NCBI GenBank assembly: GCA_035480035.1
Contig: DATIID010000001.1
Span: 9,323-73,322 of the forward strand
Reading direction: 5' to 3'
Origin: Candidatus Saccharimonadales bacterium
GTDB taxonomy: Bacteria > Patescibacteriota > Saccharimonadia > Saccharimonadales > OMJO01
Length of the DNA stretch: 64,000 nucleotides
This document shows, in pieces, positions 17,455 to 27,796 of this stretch (positions are counted from its first letter, which is position 1; each line of letters starts with the position of its first letter). The notes under the pieces are model-generated. The model was not told the DNA's origin. It was given only the letters and a program-made list of their open reading frames with translations, and did no database searches. A program made the translations under genes and the position numbers.

Positions 17455-18777
17455 ATGATTAGCGAACGATTAGCCTGCCAAGTTGATGAAACCTACGCTT
17501 CAAGACCAATTGATGAGTTGGTTTCAGCTAGTTCAATTACCGATGATAGAACCGAACAAATCCGATTGGAAGCGGCTATTAACCAACGAATGATCGAACA
17601 TGCCATCAGAGTGGCTGATAGTCATCGTCTATCGCTTTTAAATAGTGTAGTTGAGCTGGATGAAGCCCGTGAAGCATATCACCGAGCTCGGCTACGAACT
17701 GATGAAAAACTATCTCATAGTCAAGTTGATGGTAATAAAACAACAGATAATGTTATTTTCTTACCAGTTCAACCTCTAAATGAAGCTGAATCGATTGATG
17801 ATAAACCTGAGCCAACGGCTATTTTATTCGACCAAGAAGCGCCAGAACTTGGTGAGCCCGAGCGACTTTCACCCCTAAAACGAGCTGTTTTAAAATCTAG
17901 AAGTGCCGTCAAAGATTGGCTCGATAAACCCGGCTTCGAAGTGTCCATACCAGTCAGAACTAACGCACCACTAACAATACCGGTGCCAGCTAAAACCAAG
18001 CCAGGTTTTGAATTACCGGTTCCGACCGTAAGTTTTAATTGGCAAAAGTTTCAACTGCAACCGGATCCAATTGCAACCGAAACAGTTCCATCCAACTCCG
18101 AGCCGAATGTCACTACATTGCCGGAGCGCACATCACCTTGGCAAGGTATAAAAGACGCCACCAAAGACGTTGTTATCAAAGCGCCCCAGTCTTTTAGGCG
18201 GGCCAGCGCTTGGGCTGGCCAGAAACTGGTTATTGGGAAGGATGCAGTAAAAGACAGATTAAATGGGATACGAGATTATATAGCCGGTATCGAAACTGAT
18301 CACGAGAAATTTGCTCGCGTGGCTATTGGGGTTGGGGCAGTGGCCATGGCTGGCGCCTCGGTTTACGCGCTTAATAAGGGTCTTCATCTTGATCATTACT
18401 TAGGGCGCATACTAGATAGCGGTGCCAAACCTTTCTCTGAATTGAAACCAAAAGCTATCCACCCGGGCATCGTCGAACATGTTAAGCCGAAAACTACTAA
18501 ATTACCGAATATACCGAAATATATAAACCCGCTTCATCCGGTTCGCCCCCCAGTAGTTAAGCCACCCACGGCCATCATAGCTAAACAATATCAGTACCCG
18601 TGGGATTGGGCTGAGGCAGCCGGCGGTCGAGGCCACGGCTCACAGCTACTCACAGATTTAGGGCACAAGGCCCAACTAGCTGGTCATAATGTGACTTGGC
18701 ACGGTCAGTGGCTAGAGGTTGACGGCAAATCTGACACTACCAGCGTTATCAAAGTTCTTGGCCGATTTAATCATTAA
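17455..18777 (+). CDS. hypothetical bitopic membrane protein
   Basis: 440 aa with an N-terminal helical region, a Pro-rich linker, one TM (VAIGVGAVAMAGASVYAL) and a C-terminal ~60-aa domain (YPWDWAEAAG...VTWHGQWLEVDG). No family recognised. Confidence 0.5.
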   Translation: MISERLACQVDETYASRPIDELVSASSITDDRTEQIRLEAAINQRMIEHAIRVADSHRLSLLNSVVELDEAREAYHRARLRTDEKLSHSQVDGNKTTDNVIFLPVQPLNEAESIDDKPEPTAILFDQEAPELGEPERLSPLKRAVLKSRSAVKDWLDKPGFEVSIPVRTNAPLTIPVPAKTKPGFELPVPTVSFNWQKFQLQPDPIATETVPSNSEPNVTTLPERTSPWQGIKDATKDVVIKAPQSFRRASAWAGQKLVIGKDAVKDRLNGIRDYIAGIETDHEKFARVAIGVGAVAMAGASVYALNKGLHLDHYLGRILDSGAKPFSELKPKAIHPGIVEHVKPKTTKLPNIPKYINPLHPVRPPVVKPPTAIIAKQYQYPWDWAEAAGGRGHGSQLLTDLGHKAQLAGHNVTWHGQWLEVDGKSDTTSVIKVLGRFNH

Positions 18778-18821
18778 TTTTTTAAGCTAAAGTGCTAAAA
18801 TAGAGCTCACTAGGGATTAAG

Positions 18822-19154
18822 ATGTTTAAACTGGACAACAATTTATTAGAAGAACTGGGGCTTGGTGCCTTACCGCCGGAAGAGAAGAATAAGATGCTTA
18901 GCCATATCTATGAGACGCTGGAGATGCGAGTCGGCATGAAACTAGCCGAACAGATGACTAATGAGCAACTTGATGAGTTCGAGAGCTATATTGATAAGAA
19001 TGATGAGCCCGGCGCTTTGAAGTGGCTAGAAACTAACTTCCCAGGCTATAAACAAGTCGTCGCCGATGAATTAGAACGGTTAAAAACCGAAATCAAAGCT
19101 ACCGCTCCACAAATTATGGCAGCTACCCTTGGCCAGCCACCAGCGGCCGCTTAA
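18822..19154 (+). CDS. small conserved protein, DUF5663-like (tentative)
   Basis: MFKLDNNLLEELGLGALPPEEKNKMLSHIYETLEMRVGMKLAEQMTNEQLDEFE resembles a small protein family I recall from Saccharibacteria/CPR genomes. Confidence 0.5.
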   Translation: MFKLDNNLLEELGLGALPPEEKNKMLSHIYETLEMRVGMKLAEQMTNEQLDEFESYIDKNDEPGALKWLETNFPGYKQVVADELERLKTEIKATAPQIMAATLGQPPAAA

Positions 19155-20059
19155 AGTTGCCGGCTATAACCGGCTAGAAAGGCTTTGGCGGGCATTTCGT
19201 TTTTGCCAGCTGGTTTGAGACGTTCGATAACCAATAAGCCATCACCGGTTTGAACAGCTAAGAGTTTATTATCGGTGATAATTTGACCCGGTTGACTCTC
19301 TGAACTTTGGTTTGAACTCCTGGCTTTAGTAATAATTACTTCTTTGCCACCTAGAGAAGTGTAGCTCTTTGGCCATTGTTTGAAAGCCTTAACTTGGCGC
19401 TCCAGCTCAACTGCCGGTTTGGTCCAATCAATCAAACCATCTTCTTTGGTGAGCTTGCGCGAGTAAGTCACTCGATCGGGGTGAGGCTGATTGTGTGGTT
19501 TGACCTGGCCACTGATATAACGGGGTAAATAATCTTTCAGCAACTGATCGCTTAGCTCAATTAATCGTTTGGTCAAACTATCGATGTCATCATCAGGCTG
19601 GATGTGGAGTACTTTTTGAGTAATCAATTGGCCAGTATCCAAATTTTCATCAATTAACATCAAACTAACACCGGTTTTCGACTGGCCACTCAATAGAGCA
19701 AAGGTGATTGGATCAGCCCCGCGCCACTGGGGAAGCAGTGAAAAGTGGCTATTTACGATACCAAGTGGGAAATAGTCGATCAAATCCTTAGGCACAATCA
19801 CACCATAATCAATCACCACGCCAATTTGACTCTTAACTGGCTTGGTTTTAAACAAATCTGACAACTGTTGCTTATTTTGGGCAATTAATACCTTAAACTT
19901 TTTAGCTTTAGCCAGTTTTAACACCGGAAATTCTTCTTTATGGTGCTCCGGTTGGGGCTTTGTCACCACCGCCTCGATGGTAAAATTTTGGCTAAGTGAT
20001 TCAAGAGCTGTAGCGGCTACCGGACCGCTACCAAAAAACACGATTGAAATCATGGCCAA
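19151..20059 (-). CDS. fmt: methionyl-tRNA formyltransferase
   Basis: IVFFGSG..., NSHFSLLPQWRGADPI (the SLLP..RG motif) and a C-terminal tRNA-binding domain. Forms a def-fmt operon. Confidence 0.9.
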   Translation of the reverse strand: MAMISIVFFGSGPVAATALESLSQNFTIEAVVTKPQPEHHKEEFPVLKLAKAKKFKVLIAQNKQQLSDLFKTKPVKSQIGVVIDYGVIVPKDLIDYFPLGIVNSHFSLLPQWRGADPITFALLSGQSKTGVSLMLIDENLDTGQLITQKVLHIQPDDDIDSLTKRLIELSDQLLKDYLPRYISGQVKPHNQPHPDRVTYSRKLTKEDGLIDWTKPAVELERQVKAFKQWPKSYTSLGGKEVIITKARSSNQSSESQPGQIITDNKLLAVQTGDGLLVIERLKPAGKNEMPAKAFLAGYSRQL

Positions 20060-20622
20060 AGTACCTTATTGTCTTTGACGTCTTTGTCGTAATCCAGTTT
20101 TTCCAGATTACCATCAGCATTCAAGATGTAAAAGGCTTCCGGGTCGTCTTTGATATGGTCAATGAATAATATGCCATTAGTGTGGTCCGCCTCATGCTGA
20201 ATTATCCGAGCTAGCTCGCCCTTAACTTTCATGGTGAACGTTTTGCCATCAAGGTCTTGGGCTTTAATGCGGATCGCGTCGCGCCTCGGTACCATGCCGT
20301 AAATATCCTGTACGCTCAGACAACCTTCGTACTCGCTGGTGATTTTACCTTCGTACTTGGTAATTTCTGGATTGATAAACGCAATGAATGTAGCTTTCGA
20401 TTGATTAGTCGTATCACGGACAATAAAAATGCGCAGCAACTGATTAATCTGAATGGCCGCCAGACCGACGGTAATTTCGTGCTTGCGCGAATCTTCCCAA
20501 TCCAAGGTGGCGGCTTTCATATTCTCAACCAACTTCTTAATCTCAGGTGTAATCAAACCAACCCGACGGGATCGTTGCCGCAAATTGGCATTCGGCAAAG
20601 TGATAATATCTTCTTTTTTCAT
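20050..20622 (-). CDS. def: peptide deformylase
   Basis: Motifs GLAAIQIN, EGCLSV and QHEADH. Start chosen at MKKEDII (20622). The longer ORF-track start (20646) would include a TATAAT-like box. Confidence 0.9.
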   Translation of the reverse strand: MKKEDIITLPNANLRQRSRRVGLITPEIKKLVENMKAATLDWEDSRKHEITVGLAAIQINQLLRIFIVRDTTNQSKATFIAFINPEITKYEGKITSEYEGCLSVQDIYGMVPRRDAIRIKAQDLDGKTFTMKVKGELARIIQHEADHTNGILFIDHIKDDPEAFYILNADGNLEKLDYDKDVKDNKVLWP

Positions 20623-20666
20623 AACAGTTAACAAGATTATAACCAATAAACCCTTTAGCTAAAACC

Positions 20667-22598
20667 TTAGAGCAGGTGAATTGGATCAATGTCGTAACTC
20701 AGATTAGTCGGTAGATTAGTAATTATGGCTGTCAAATGATGGCGACGAGAAGTTTTAACAATTAACTGCCAAGTATAGCGGCCACGAGCTTTTTCGCTGA
20801 AAGCCGGGCTGGGACCGATAATCTCGACACTTTTGTTTGTCGATAAACTATCAAGCAAATCTTGGATAGCCGTTTTAGCTCGAGTTTGAGTTGACCGGCT
20901 GGCGCTGATTTTTAAAAGGTAGCAAAACGGCGGAAAGTTAAATAATTGGCGTTCTTTGATCTGATCAGCGTAAAACGCTTGATAATTTTTAGTCAAAGCT
21001 TGGCCAATTAAAGCCGAGTTTGGATGGTAGGTTTGGACAATGATATTAGCCCCGCGGTGGCCACGACCGACCCGGCCGATCACCTGATTTAACATTTGAT
21101 AGGTCCGTTCGGCGGCCGTGTAATCCGGAAAATTCAGGCTGGTGTCCGCTAGCACCACACCTACCACTGATAGTTTTGGTAGGTCAAGGCCCTTGCCAAG
21201 CATTTGCGTGCCGACCAAAATATCGACCTCGCCGTCGATAACCGATTGATAATTAGTTTCCAATCGCTCACTCTTTTTCAAATCACTATCAAAACGTTTA
21301 ACTCGGGCCTTTGGGAATAAGCGCTTCAGCTCATCAACTATGGTCTTGGTTCCGGCTTGTTTAAAGACAATGTCGGTCGAATTACAGACTGGACAATTTG
21401 ATAGGGTTGGTTCGGTGTGGCCGCAGGTATGGCAAATCATTTGATGGCTATCACCGTGGTAAGTTAGTGGCAGGTCACAACGCGGGCAAAGGGCTTGCCA
21501 ACCGCATTGACTACATAAAACCACCCGAGCAGTGCCACGGCGATTCAGAAATAAAAGAACTTGTTCACCTTGTTTCAAAGCTGTTTGCGTCGTTTCTAAC
21601 AACTGGTCGCTTAGCCACTGACTACGGCTAAACTGGTCTCGCTGCTTAAGGTCGACTATTTGTACTAATTGCTTATGATCAGTCTTGATAGCTAATTCAG
21701 TCATGGTAATAATCGGCAATTGGTTTTGCTTAAAGATGAAATAATCGGCAATTGGCGGTGTAGCGCTGCCGAGTATCAGCTTAGCTTGATGAAGCTCAGC
21801 CAGTTTACCAGCTACTCGAGAAGTCAAATAATAGGGTGCTTGTTCCTGTTTGTAAGCATTATCATGGAACTCATCAACTACGATTAGGCCAATTTGGTTT
21901 AATGGCGAGAAAAGAGCTGAGCGGGGCCCAATCACTACCGCCGGCTGGTCTAGGCTAGCTAACTTAAGCCAAATTTGCTGTCGTTGCTTAGACGACAAAC
22001 CAGAATGTAAAATATAAACCCGATTGCTAAATACCTCTTTAAAACTATTGGCTAGTTGTGACGTTAGGCCGATTTCTGGAGTTAGCATGATAACCGATTG
22101 GTTGGACGCCAAGCTTTTCTTAGCCAATTCTAAATAGATTCGAGTTTTACCAACGCCAGTATCACCATGAAGTAGCACACTTCGCTTCGGGCTACTAGCA
22201 ATAACTTTGAGAGCACTAGTCTGATCTGGAGTCAGTTTCGGCAGTTTTACGCTAGCTGGCTCTTGAGCCATCAATAATTCATCCGATTTAGACTTGGTTT
22301 GCAGGTATGATGGCGCAAACAAACTAGTTATCAAGCCAGACGGTGAAGGGTAGTATTGATTCAGCCAACCAATTAGGTTAATGCTTGGAGAGTTAATAGC
22401 GCCTACGCAGATTATTCGACTAATTGGCTTGGTTCTAAACTTTGGCTGCGCCGTCGATTTTAATATAATTCCAAGCGTCAATTTTTTTTGCAATTCAACT
22501 TCAACAACCGTGCCAACTGTGAGCTTTTCGGCTGAAGAATAGGTCAATGGTTCAGCCTTATGGTACTGCTGAGATGCTATCAAAACCTCATAAAACAT
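20667..22598 (-). CDS. priA: primosomal protein N' (replication restart helicase)
   Basis: Walker A (GDTGVGKT), DEFH box, and the Cys-rich Zn module CSQCGWQALCPRCDLPLTYH...CHTCGH...CPVC. Confidence 0.9.
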   Translation of the reverse strand: MFYEVLIASQQYHKAEPLTYSSAEKLTVGTVVEVELQKKLTLGIILKSTAQPKFRTKPISRIICVGAINSPSINLIGWLNQYYPSPSGLITSLFAPSYLQTKSKSDELLMAQEPASVKLPKLTPDQTSALKVIASSPKRSVLLHGDTGVGKTRIYLELAKKSLASNQSVIMLTPEIGLTSQLANSFKEVFSNRVYILHSGLSSKQRQQIWLKLASLDQPAVVIGPRSALFSPLNQIGLIVVDEFHDNAYKQEQAPYYLTSRVAGKLAELHQAKLILGSATPPIADYFIFKQNQLPIITMTELAIKTDHKQLVQIVDLKQRDQFSRSQWLSDQLLETTQTALKQGEQVLLFLNRRGTARVVLCSQCGWQALCPRCDLPLTYHGDSHQMICHTCGHTEPTLSNCPVCNSTDIVFKQAGTKTIVDELKRLFPKARVKRFDSDLKKSERLETNYQSVIDGEVDILVGTQMLGKGLDLPKLSVVGVVLADTSLNFPDYTAAERTYQMLNQVIGRVGRGHRGANIIVQTYHPNSALIGQALTKNYQAFYADQIKERQLFNFPPFCYLLKISASRSTQTRAKTAIQDLLDSLSTNKSVEIIGPSPAFSEKARGRYTWQLIVKTSRRHHLTAIITNLPTNLSYDIDPIHLL

Positions 22599-22629
22599 AA
22601 GTCTATTATAGGTTTATTTACAAAATGTG

Positions 22630-22658
22630 TTGATTAGTTTTTAAGCGTCCCGTATACT
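22630..22658 (+). promoter_or_regulatory. sigma70-type promoter TTGATT-N17-TATACT
   Basis: -35 at 22630-22635 and -10 at 22653-22658, in the priA/HTH divergent intergenic region. Confidence 0.4.
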
Positions 22659-22689
22659 TTACGTTGTTCTAATAACAATAAAGTAGCTT

Positions 22690-22992
22690 ATGTTAGATGT
22701 ATTTATCACTTCCCGAGTCCGACGCAAAATCATTGTAGTCTATGCAAAGTATCCGGATTTCAAAACTCACGTCCGTGGTTTAGCTAAGCTTATTAAAGAG
22801 GACGCTGGCAATATTCAACGTGAACTTAAGCGACTTGAAAAGATTGGTTTCTTGATTTCTGAACGCCAAGGCAACACTAAGATTTACCATACCAATAAAC
22901 ACTTCGCCATCTTTAAAGAACTGCAAAGTATAGTGTTGAAATCACAACGTATTACGCAAAAACGCCAAACCCCAACCTCAAATTCGCTTTAG
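22690..22992 (+). CDS. winged-helix transcriptional regulator
   Basis: 100 aa. HVRGLAKLIKEDAGNIQRELKRLEKIGFLISERQGNTKIY is an HTH plus wing pattern. Confidence 0.55.
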   Translation: MLDVFITSRVRRKIIVVYAKYPDFKTHVRGLAKLIKEDAGNIQRELKRLEKIGFLISERQGNTKIYHTNKHFAIFKELQSIVLKSQRITQKRQTPTSNSL

Positions 22993-23032
22993 AAGGTTGT
23001 GTTTTGGCCTCTGTTAAGGTAAAATTATAGTA

Positions 23033-23248
23033 ATGATACAAGTTACCCGAAAAGATTCTAAAGAATCACTTGAAAATTTACTGCGTCGATTCGGTCGCAA
23101 AGTTCAGCAATCCGGTGTTCTCAATAATGTTAAGCAAGTTCAACATTTTGAAAAACCGATTAGCAAACGTGAGCGCCGTAAAAAGGCAATCATTCGACGT
23201 GAGCGTAAGAGCATTAAGCTCAAAAAGATGAAGCTTGGCCAACAGTAG
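23033..23248 (+). CDS. rpsU: 30S ribosomal protein S21
   Basis: ESLENLLRRFGRKVQQSGVL...FEKPISKRERRKKA is the typical S21 sequence. Confidence 0.85.
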   Translation: MIQVTRKDSKESLENLLRRFGRKVQQSGVLNNVKQVQHFEKPISKRERRKKAIIRRERKSIKLKKMKLGQQ

Positions 23249-23284
23249 TATAAAAATTAATTTATCTGTTACAATTTAGCCAAG

Positions 23285-23740
23285 ATGAGTTTGAAAGAAC
23301 AGATTGAAGCTGATCTCAAAACGGCTATGCTGGCCGGTGATAAGACGCTAGTTACAACCATTAGAGGTCTTAAAAGTGCTATTTTAAATGAAGAAATTGC
23401 CAAGGACAGCCGTGAACAAGGTTTGTCCGATCCTGAAGTCATTAGCGTCTTGAATAAAGAAGCTAAAAAGCGCCAAGACAGCGCTGATATGTATAAACAA
23501 GGTGGTGCGACTGAGCGCGAACAGGCAGAATTAGCCGAAAAGATGGTCATTGAAAAATATTTGCCCCGTCCAATGAGTGATGATCAACTTAACCAATTGA
23601 TTGATAAGTCCATTGAGGCAGCTGGTGGCCTTAGCCCTCAAACAATGGGCAAAATTATCGGCAGCGTCAAACAACAGTCTGATGGTCAAGCTGATGGTGG
23701 CCGGATAGCCACTGCCATCAAAGCGAGGCTTGAGCCATGA
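23285..23740 (+). CDS. GatB/YqeY domain protein
   Basis: MSLKEQIEADLKTAMLAGDK...IRGLKSAI...EAKKRQDSADMY is the characteristic YqeY pattern. Confidence 0.8.
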   Translation: MSLKEQIEADLKTAMLAGDKTLVTTIRGLKSAILNEEIAKDSREQGLSDPEVISVLNKEAKKRQDSADMYKQGGATEREQAELAEKMVIEKYLPRPMSDDQLNQLIDKSIEAAGGLSPQTMGKIIGSVKQQSDGQADGGRIATAIKARLEP

Positions 23741-24273
23741 TCATATTTATGGGGGTGGCCGGCTCTGGTAAAAGTCTGCAAGGTAAAATGCTAGCTGATG
23801 AACACGGCCTACCTTGGTTATCGACCGGTGAGTTTTTGCGTATGTTAATTAGTGGTCGCCGCCGTAAAGAAATGCTTGAAGGCAAACTATTAGACGATCA
23901 CGAAATTATTACGTTAATCCAGAAGATTCTCGGTATCATTGATTCTCAGCAGGAATTTGTACTTGATGGTTTCCCGCGTACGCCGGCCCAAGCTGATTGG
24001 CTACTTAATCAGGTTAAGCATAAGCAATTAAAGATTACCAAAGTGGTTAATTTGCAGGCTAAACCGGAAATTGTCCGTCAGCGCCTGATAGATCGCGGCA
24101 GGCAAGACGACTACAACGAAGCGATTGATGAGCGCTTCAAAGAATATCAAGAAACAATTTTGCCAATCGTCGAAGAATTTAAAGACTATGGTATCGAAAT
24201 AGTTGACATCGACGGTGGACAGTCACTCCAAGCTGTTCACGACCAAATTGCTGAAGCCCTGGCGCTCAATTAA
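23737..24273 (+). CDS. adk: adenylate kinase family protein (short, lid-less)
   Basis: P-loop GVAGSGKS and the DGFPRTPAQA motif. Its start overlaps the upstream stop codon (ATGA). Confidence 0.7.
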   Translation: MIIFMGVAGSGKSLQGKMLADEHGLPWLSTGEFLRMLISGRRRKEMLEGKLLDDHEIITLIQKILGIIDSQQEFVLDGFPRTPAQADWLLNQVKHKQLKITKVVNLQAKPEIVRQRLIDRGRQDDYNEAIDERFKEYQETILPIVEEFKDYGIEIVDIDGGQSLQAVHDQIAEALALN

Positions 24274-24275
24274 AA

Positions 24276-25028
24276 ATGGCTATCTCGATTAAAACACCTG
24301 ATGAAATTGCCGTGATGCGTCGTAGTGGCTGGATGCTAGCAACCGTTCTGGATAAACTAGCGAGACAGACTTATCCCGGCCGTACACCCAAAGACATGGC
24401 AGAAATTGCACGACTGGAACTAAAAAAACTCGGTGGCCAGCCGGCTTTTTTAGGCTTTCATGGTTTTCCTGACGTTATCTGTATCTCGGTTAATAGCCAG
24501 GTTCAACACACTATACCGACAAATAAACCGATGAATGAGGGCGACGTTGTTAACTATGACTTCGGTGTGAAATATAAAAACATGGTTACTGATGGCGGTA
24601 TTAGCCTATGTGTTGGTAACCACCCAAGTGACGCCGCCGCCCGATTACTCGACGGTACTCGCCGGGCGCTTGACAGTGGTTTGAGTAAAGTCAAAGCTGG
24701 CAATCGGGTCGGTGATATCTCGGCTGCCATTGAAGCCACCCTTAACAAATACCGACTCGGTATTGTCCGCGAACTGGTTGGCCATGGCGTCGGGCACCAA
24801 CTTCATGAAGATCCGGAGATTCCTAATTATGGTCGAGCCGGTACCGGGCCACATCTAGAAGCCGGTATGACAATTGCTATCGAACCAATTTCTACCCTGG
24901 GGCGCGATGACATTGTCGGCGACCCTGATGGTTGGACAATTTGGACCAAAGATGGCAGTTGGTCAGCCCAGTTTGAGCATACGGTTTTAGTAACTAATGA
25001 TGGCTTTGAAATCCTAACTCAACTTTAA
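24276..25028 (+). CDS. map: type I methionine aminopeptidase
   Basis: Metal ligand pattern D..D (VNYDFG...DGG), GHGVGHQLHE, and EP...EHTVLVT. Confidence 0.9.
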   Translation: MAISIKTPDEIAVMRRSGWMLATVLDKLARQTYPGRTPKDMAEIARLELKKLGGQPAFLGFHGFPDVICISVNSQVQHTIPTNKPMNEGDVVNYDFGVKYKNMVTDGGISLCVGNHPSDAAARLLDGTRRALDSGLSKVKAGNRVGDISAAIEATLNKYRLGIVRELVGHGVGHQLHEDPEIPNYGRAGTGPHLEAGMTIAIEPISTLGRDDIVGDPDGWTIWTKDGSWSAQFEHTVLVTNDGFEILTQL

Positions 25029-25100
25029 AGCCTACTTAAAAGATTTGCTTTATACCCACAAAACTTGCGAGCTATCTAGGATAAGCGCTATACTGCGTCC

Positions 25101-26333
25101 ATGCGCGAACAATCGCAAAGCCACTACTTTGGCCTAGATATTGGTACCTCAACTGTCCGTTGCGTTATTGGATCATCTAGTAACGAAATTGGCGGGAATT
25201 TATCAATTATCGGACACGGCAGTGCCCCGAACATGGGTATGCGTAAGGGTATTATTGTCCATGTTGATGATGTGGTTGAGGCGGTTGTGGCGGCCTTAAC
25301 TGAGGCTGAACGGGTATCTGGCATCCATGTGCCTAAAGCCACCGTTAACATTAATGGTTCACATATTGTTGGCATGAACTCGCGTGGCGTAATTGCCATT
25401 AGTGCGGCTAACCGCGAAATTGACAATAATGACCGACTACGGGTAGAAGAAGCTGCTACCATTATTCAAATTCCACCTAACCGCGAAATTATTCAAGTCT
25501 TTGCCAAGAATTATCGCCTCGATGGCCAAGATAACATTAAGGACCCAGTTGGCATGCATGGCGTTCGTCTAGAAGTTGATACCCATATTGTCACTGCGGC
25601 TTCGCCAAACCTAAGAAATCTTGATATGGTGTTGGAGAAATCACGAATTACACCGAATCACCACACCGTAGCCAGTCTAGCCTCGGCTGAAGCTGTACTT
25701 AATCGACAACAAAAGGAATCCGGCACATTACTACTAGATATTGGTGCTGGTACCACTAATATGGTCGTGGTCGAAGATGGTGAAATCCAGCATGTCGCTG
25801 TCATCCCAGTTGGCGGCATTAACATCACCAATGATTTAGCGATTGGCCTCAAGACTGATCTAGATATAGCCGAAATGGTTAAACTGGAGCACGCTGCCCT
25901 AGCCAGTGAAGCTAATAAAAAGGCCCGGGTCAGCGTTCAATACGACAACCGATCCCATCATTTTGACGCCTCAGAAATTGAAATGATTGTCGAAGCCCGA
26001 ATTGACGAACTACTCGAACTAGTTGACAAGGAGCTGAAGCGTATCCAACGCTCGCGCAAGCTGCCTGGTGGTATCGTCCTTGTTGGTGGCACCGCAAATT
26101 TGCCTGGCCTAGCTGAATTTACCAAAGATAAACTCCAGTTAGCGGCTCGTGTCGGTCACTTACAACCGTTGGATGGGCTAGTTGACACCGTTGAAGATCC
26201 TGCCTATACCACAGCCGTCGGTTTAATGATCTTGGACATGTTATTGATACCGTCGGCTCACTCTAGATCGATTGTTCCTAACGATTCGGTCTTTGGCATG
26301 ATTGATGGACTCTTCAAACGATTCAAACGTTGA
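25101..26333 (+). CDS. ftsA: cell division protein FtsA
   Basis: Actin-fold motifs GLDIGTSTVRCVIG, LDIGAGTTNMVV and VLVGGTANLPGL. Located immediately upstream of ftsZ. Confidence 0.9.
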   Translation: MREQSQSHYFGLDIGTSTVRCVIGSSSNEIGGNLSIIGHGSAPNMGMRKGIIVHVDDVVEAVVAALTEAERVSGIHVPKATVNINGSHIVGMNSRGVIAISAANREIDNNDRLRVEEAATIIQIPPNREIIQVFAKNYRLDGQDNIKDPVGMHGVRLEVDTHIVTAASPNLRNLDMVLEKSRITPNHHTVASLASAEAVLNRQQKESGTLLLDIGAGTTNMVVVEDGEIQHVAVIPVGGINITNDLAIGLKTDLDIAEMVKLEHAALASEANKKARVSVQYDNRSHHFDASEIEMIVEARIDELLELVDKELKRIQRSRKLPGGIVLVGGTANLPGLAEFTKDKLQLAARVGHLQPLDGLVDTVEDPAYTTAVGLMILDMLLIPSAHSRSIVPNDSVFGMIDGLFKRFKR

Positions 26334-26344
26334 CAACTAGGCAA

Positions 26345-26373
26345 TTGTGTAACACTGGTAGTTACGGTATAAT
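26345..26373 (+). promoter_or_regulatory. sigma70-type promoter TTGTGT-N17-TATAAT
   Basis: -35 at 26345-26350 and -10 at 26368-26373, between ftsA and ftsZ. Confidence 0.4.
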
Positions 26374-26410
26374 CCTGTCATGACAAAAGCTAAGGGAGAG
26401 GTTTTATAAT

Positions 26411-27736
26411 ATGCCCCAAGTCGAACCAGTCATTGAGACATTTGCTCGAATTAAAGTAATTGGTGTTGGCGGTGCCGGTGGGGCAGCCATTAACCGAATG
26501 GTTGAAGCTGGTGTGGAGGGTGTCGAATTCGTGGCCATTAACACCGACGCACAGGCCTTACATCACTCCAAAGCTCAAACCAAAGTCCATATTGGTAGTG
26601 ATACTACTCGTGGGCTAGGCGCCGGTGCTGAACCTAAAGTTGGCCAAAAAGCTGCCGAAGAGTCAATTGAAGATATTAAGAAAGCCGTTCAAGGTGCTGA
26701 CATGGCTTTTATTACCATTGGCGGTGGTGGCGGCACCGGTAGTGGGGCTGGTCACATTGTGGCTAAACTGGCCAGTGAATCTGGCTCGTTGGTAATTGGC
26801 TTTGCCACCAAGCCATTTGCTTTTGAAGGTGAGAAGCGGCGCCGCAATGCTGAAATAGCAATTGATAACCTTCGTAAAACTGTTGACACCTTGATTATCA
26901 TTCCAAATGACCGCTTACTTCAGACAATTGACCGCCAAACGCCATTACTGGAAGCTTTCAAAGTAGCTGATGATGTTCTACGTCAAGGTGTTCAGGGCAT
27001 TTCTGATCTGATCACCGTTCACGGTTTGATTAACCTTGATTTTGCTGATGTTAAGACGGTTATGAAAGATGCCGGCTCAGCATTGATGGGCATTGGCCGA
27101 GCGACTGGCGAAAATCGAGCTATTCAAGCCGCCCAGCAAGCTGTCGACTCACCGCTACTTGAAGTTTCAATAGATGGTGCCCGAGGCATTTTGTTCAACG
27201 TCATCGGTGGACACGATATGACTATGCACGAAATTAACACCGCCGCCGAAACAATTACATCAGCTGCTGACCCTGACGCTAATATTATTTTTGGGGCGAC
27301 TATCAATCCAGATCTAGAAGGCGAGTTGATAATTACCGTGGTTGCTACCGGTTTTGATGATTCATATTTTGCTAATCGCCAGAAAGTCGTCAGTCCGGCA
27401 CTTGATCTGGAAGATAGCAAGCCCGAAGACGAAACTGTCATGAAAGAGATGGACATGGAACTCAAGGACGAACAGCCCGAAGACGATTTTCATAAGGATA
27501 CTCCAATGCCCAACATCTGGACGCTAGACAATGACGACCACGAGGACAAGGACGACAAATCTGATGATGACCCTGATAGCGATAAAAAGTCTAAGTCCAA
27601 GAAAGATAGTTCCAAATCAACTTCAATTGGCGATTGGAACGACGATGATGAGTTCGAAAAACCATCTTTTTTGCGCAGATTAAAAAACCGAAAAAACAAG
27701 TCCTCTAGTGACGATGACTCTGATAACAGCGAGTAA
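26411..27736 (+). CDS. ftsZ: cell division protein FtsZ with long acidic C-terminal linker
   Basis: [17 protein letters not shown] and the tubulin signature GGGTGSGAG. The ~120-aa D/E/K/S-rich tail contains [14 protein letters not shown]. Confidence 0.95.
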   Translation: MPQVEPVIETFARIKVIGVGGAGGAAINRMVEAGVEGVEFVAINTDAQALHHSKAQTKVHIGSDTTRGLGAGAEPKVGQKAAEESIEDIKKAVQGADMAFITIGGGGGTGSGAGHIVAKLASESGSLVIGFATKPFAFEGEKRRRNAEIAIDNLRKTVDTLIIIPNDRLLQTIDRQTPLLEAFKVADDVLRQGVQGISDLITVHGLINLDFADVKTVMKDAGSALMGIGRATGENRAIQAAQQAVDSPLLEVSIDGARGILFNVIGGHDMTMHEINTAAETITSAADPDANIIFGATINPDLEGELIITVVATGFDDSYFANRQKVVSPALDLEDSKPEDETVMKEMDMELKDEQPEDDFHKDTPMPNIWTLDNDDHEDKDDKSDDDPDSDKKSKSKKDSSKSTSIGDWNDDDEFEKPSFLRRLKNRKNKSSSDDDSDNSE

Positions 27737-27763
27737 ATAATACAGCATTATTTTACTTGCAAA

Positions 27764-27779
27764 ACGCTATTTATAGCGC
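27764..27779. promoter_or_regulatory. NrdR box 1 (ACGCTATTTATAGCGC)
   Basis: 16-bp palindrome. The core CTATTTATAG matches 9/10 of the published NrdR-box core CwAtATaTwG. It lies upstream of nrdR-nrdJ. Confidence 0.65.
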
Positions 27780-27796
27780 TAACATAAGATTTATAG

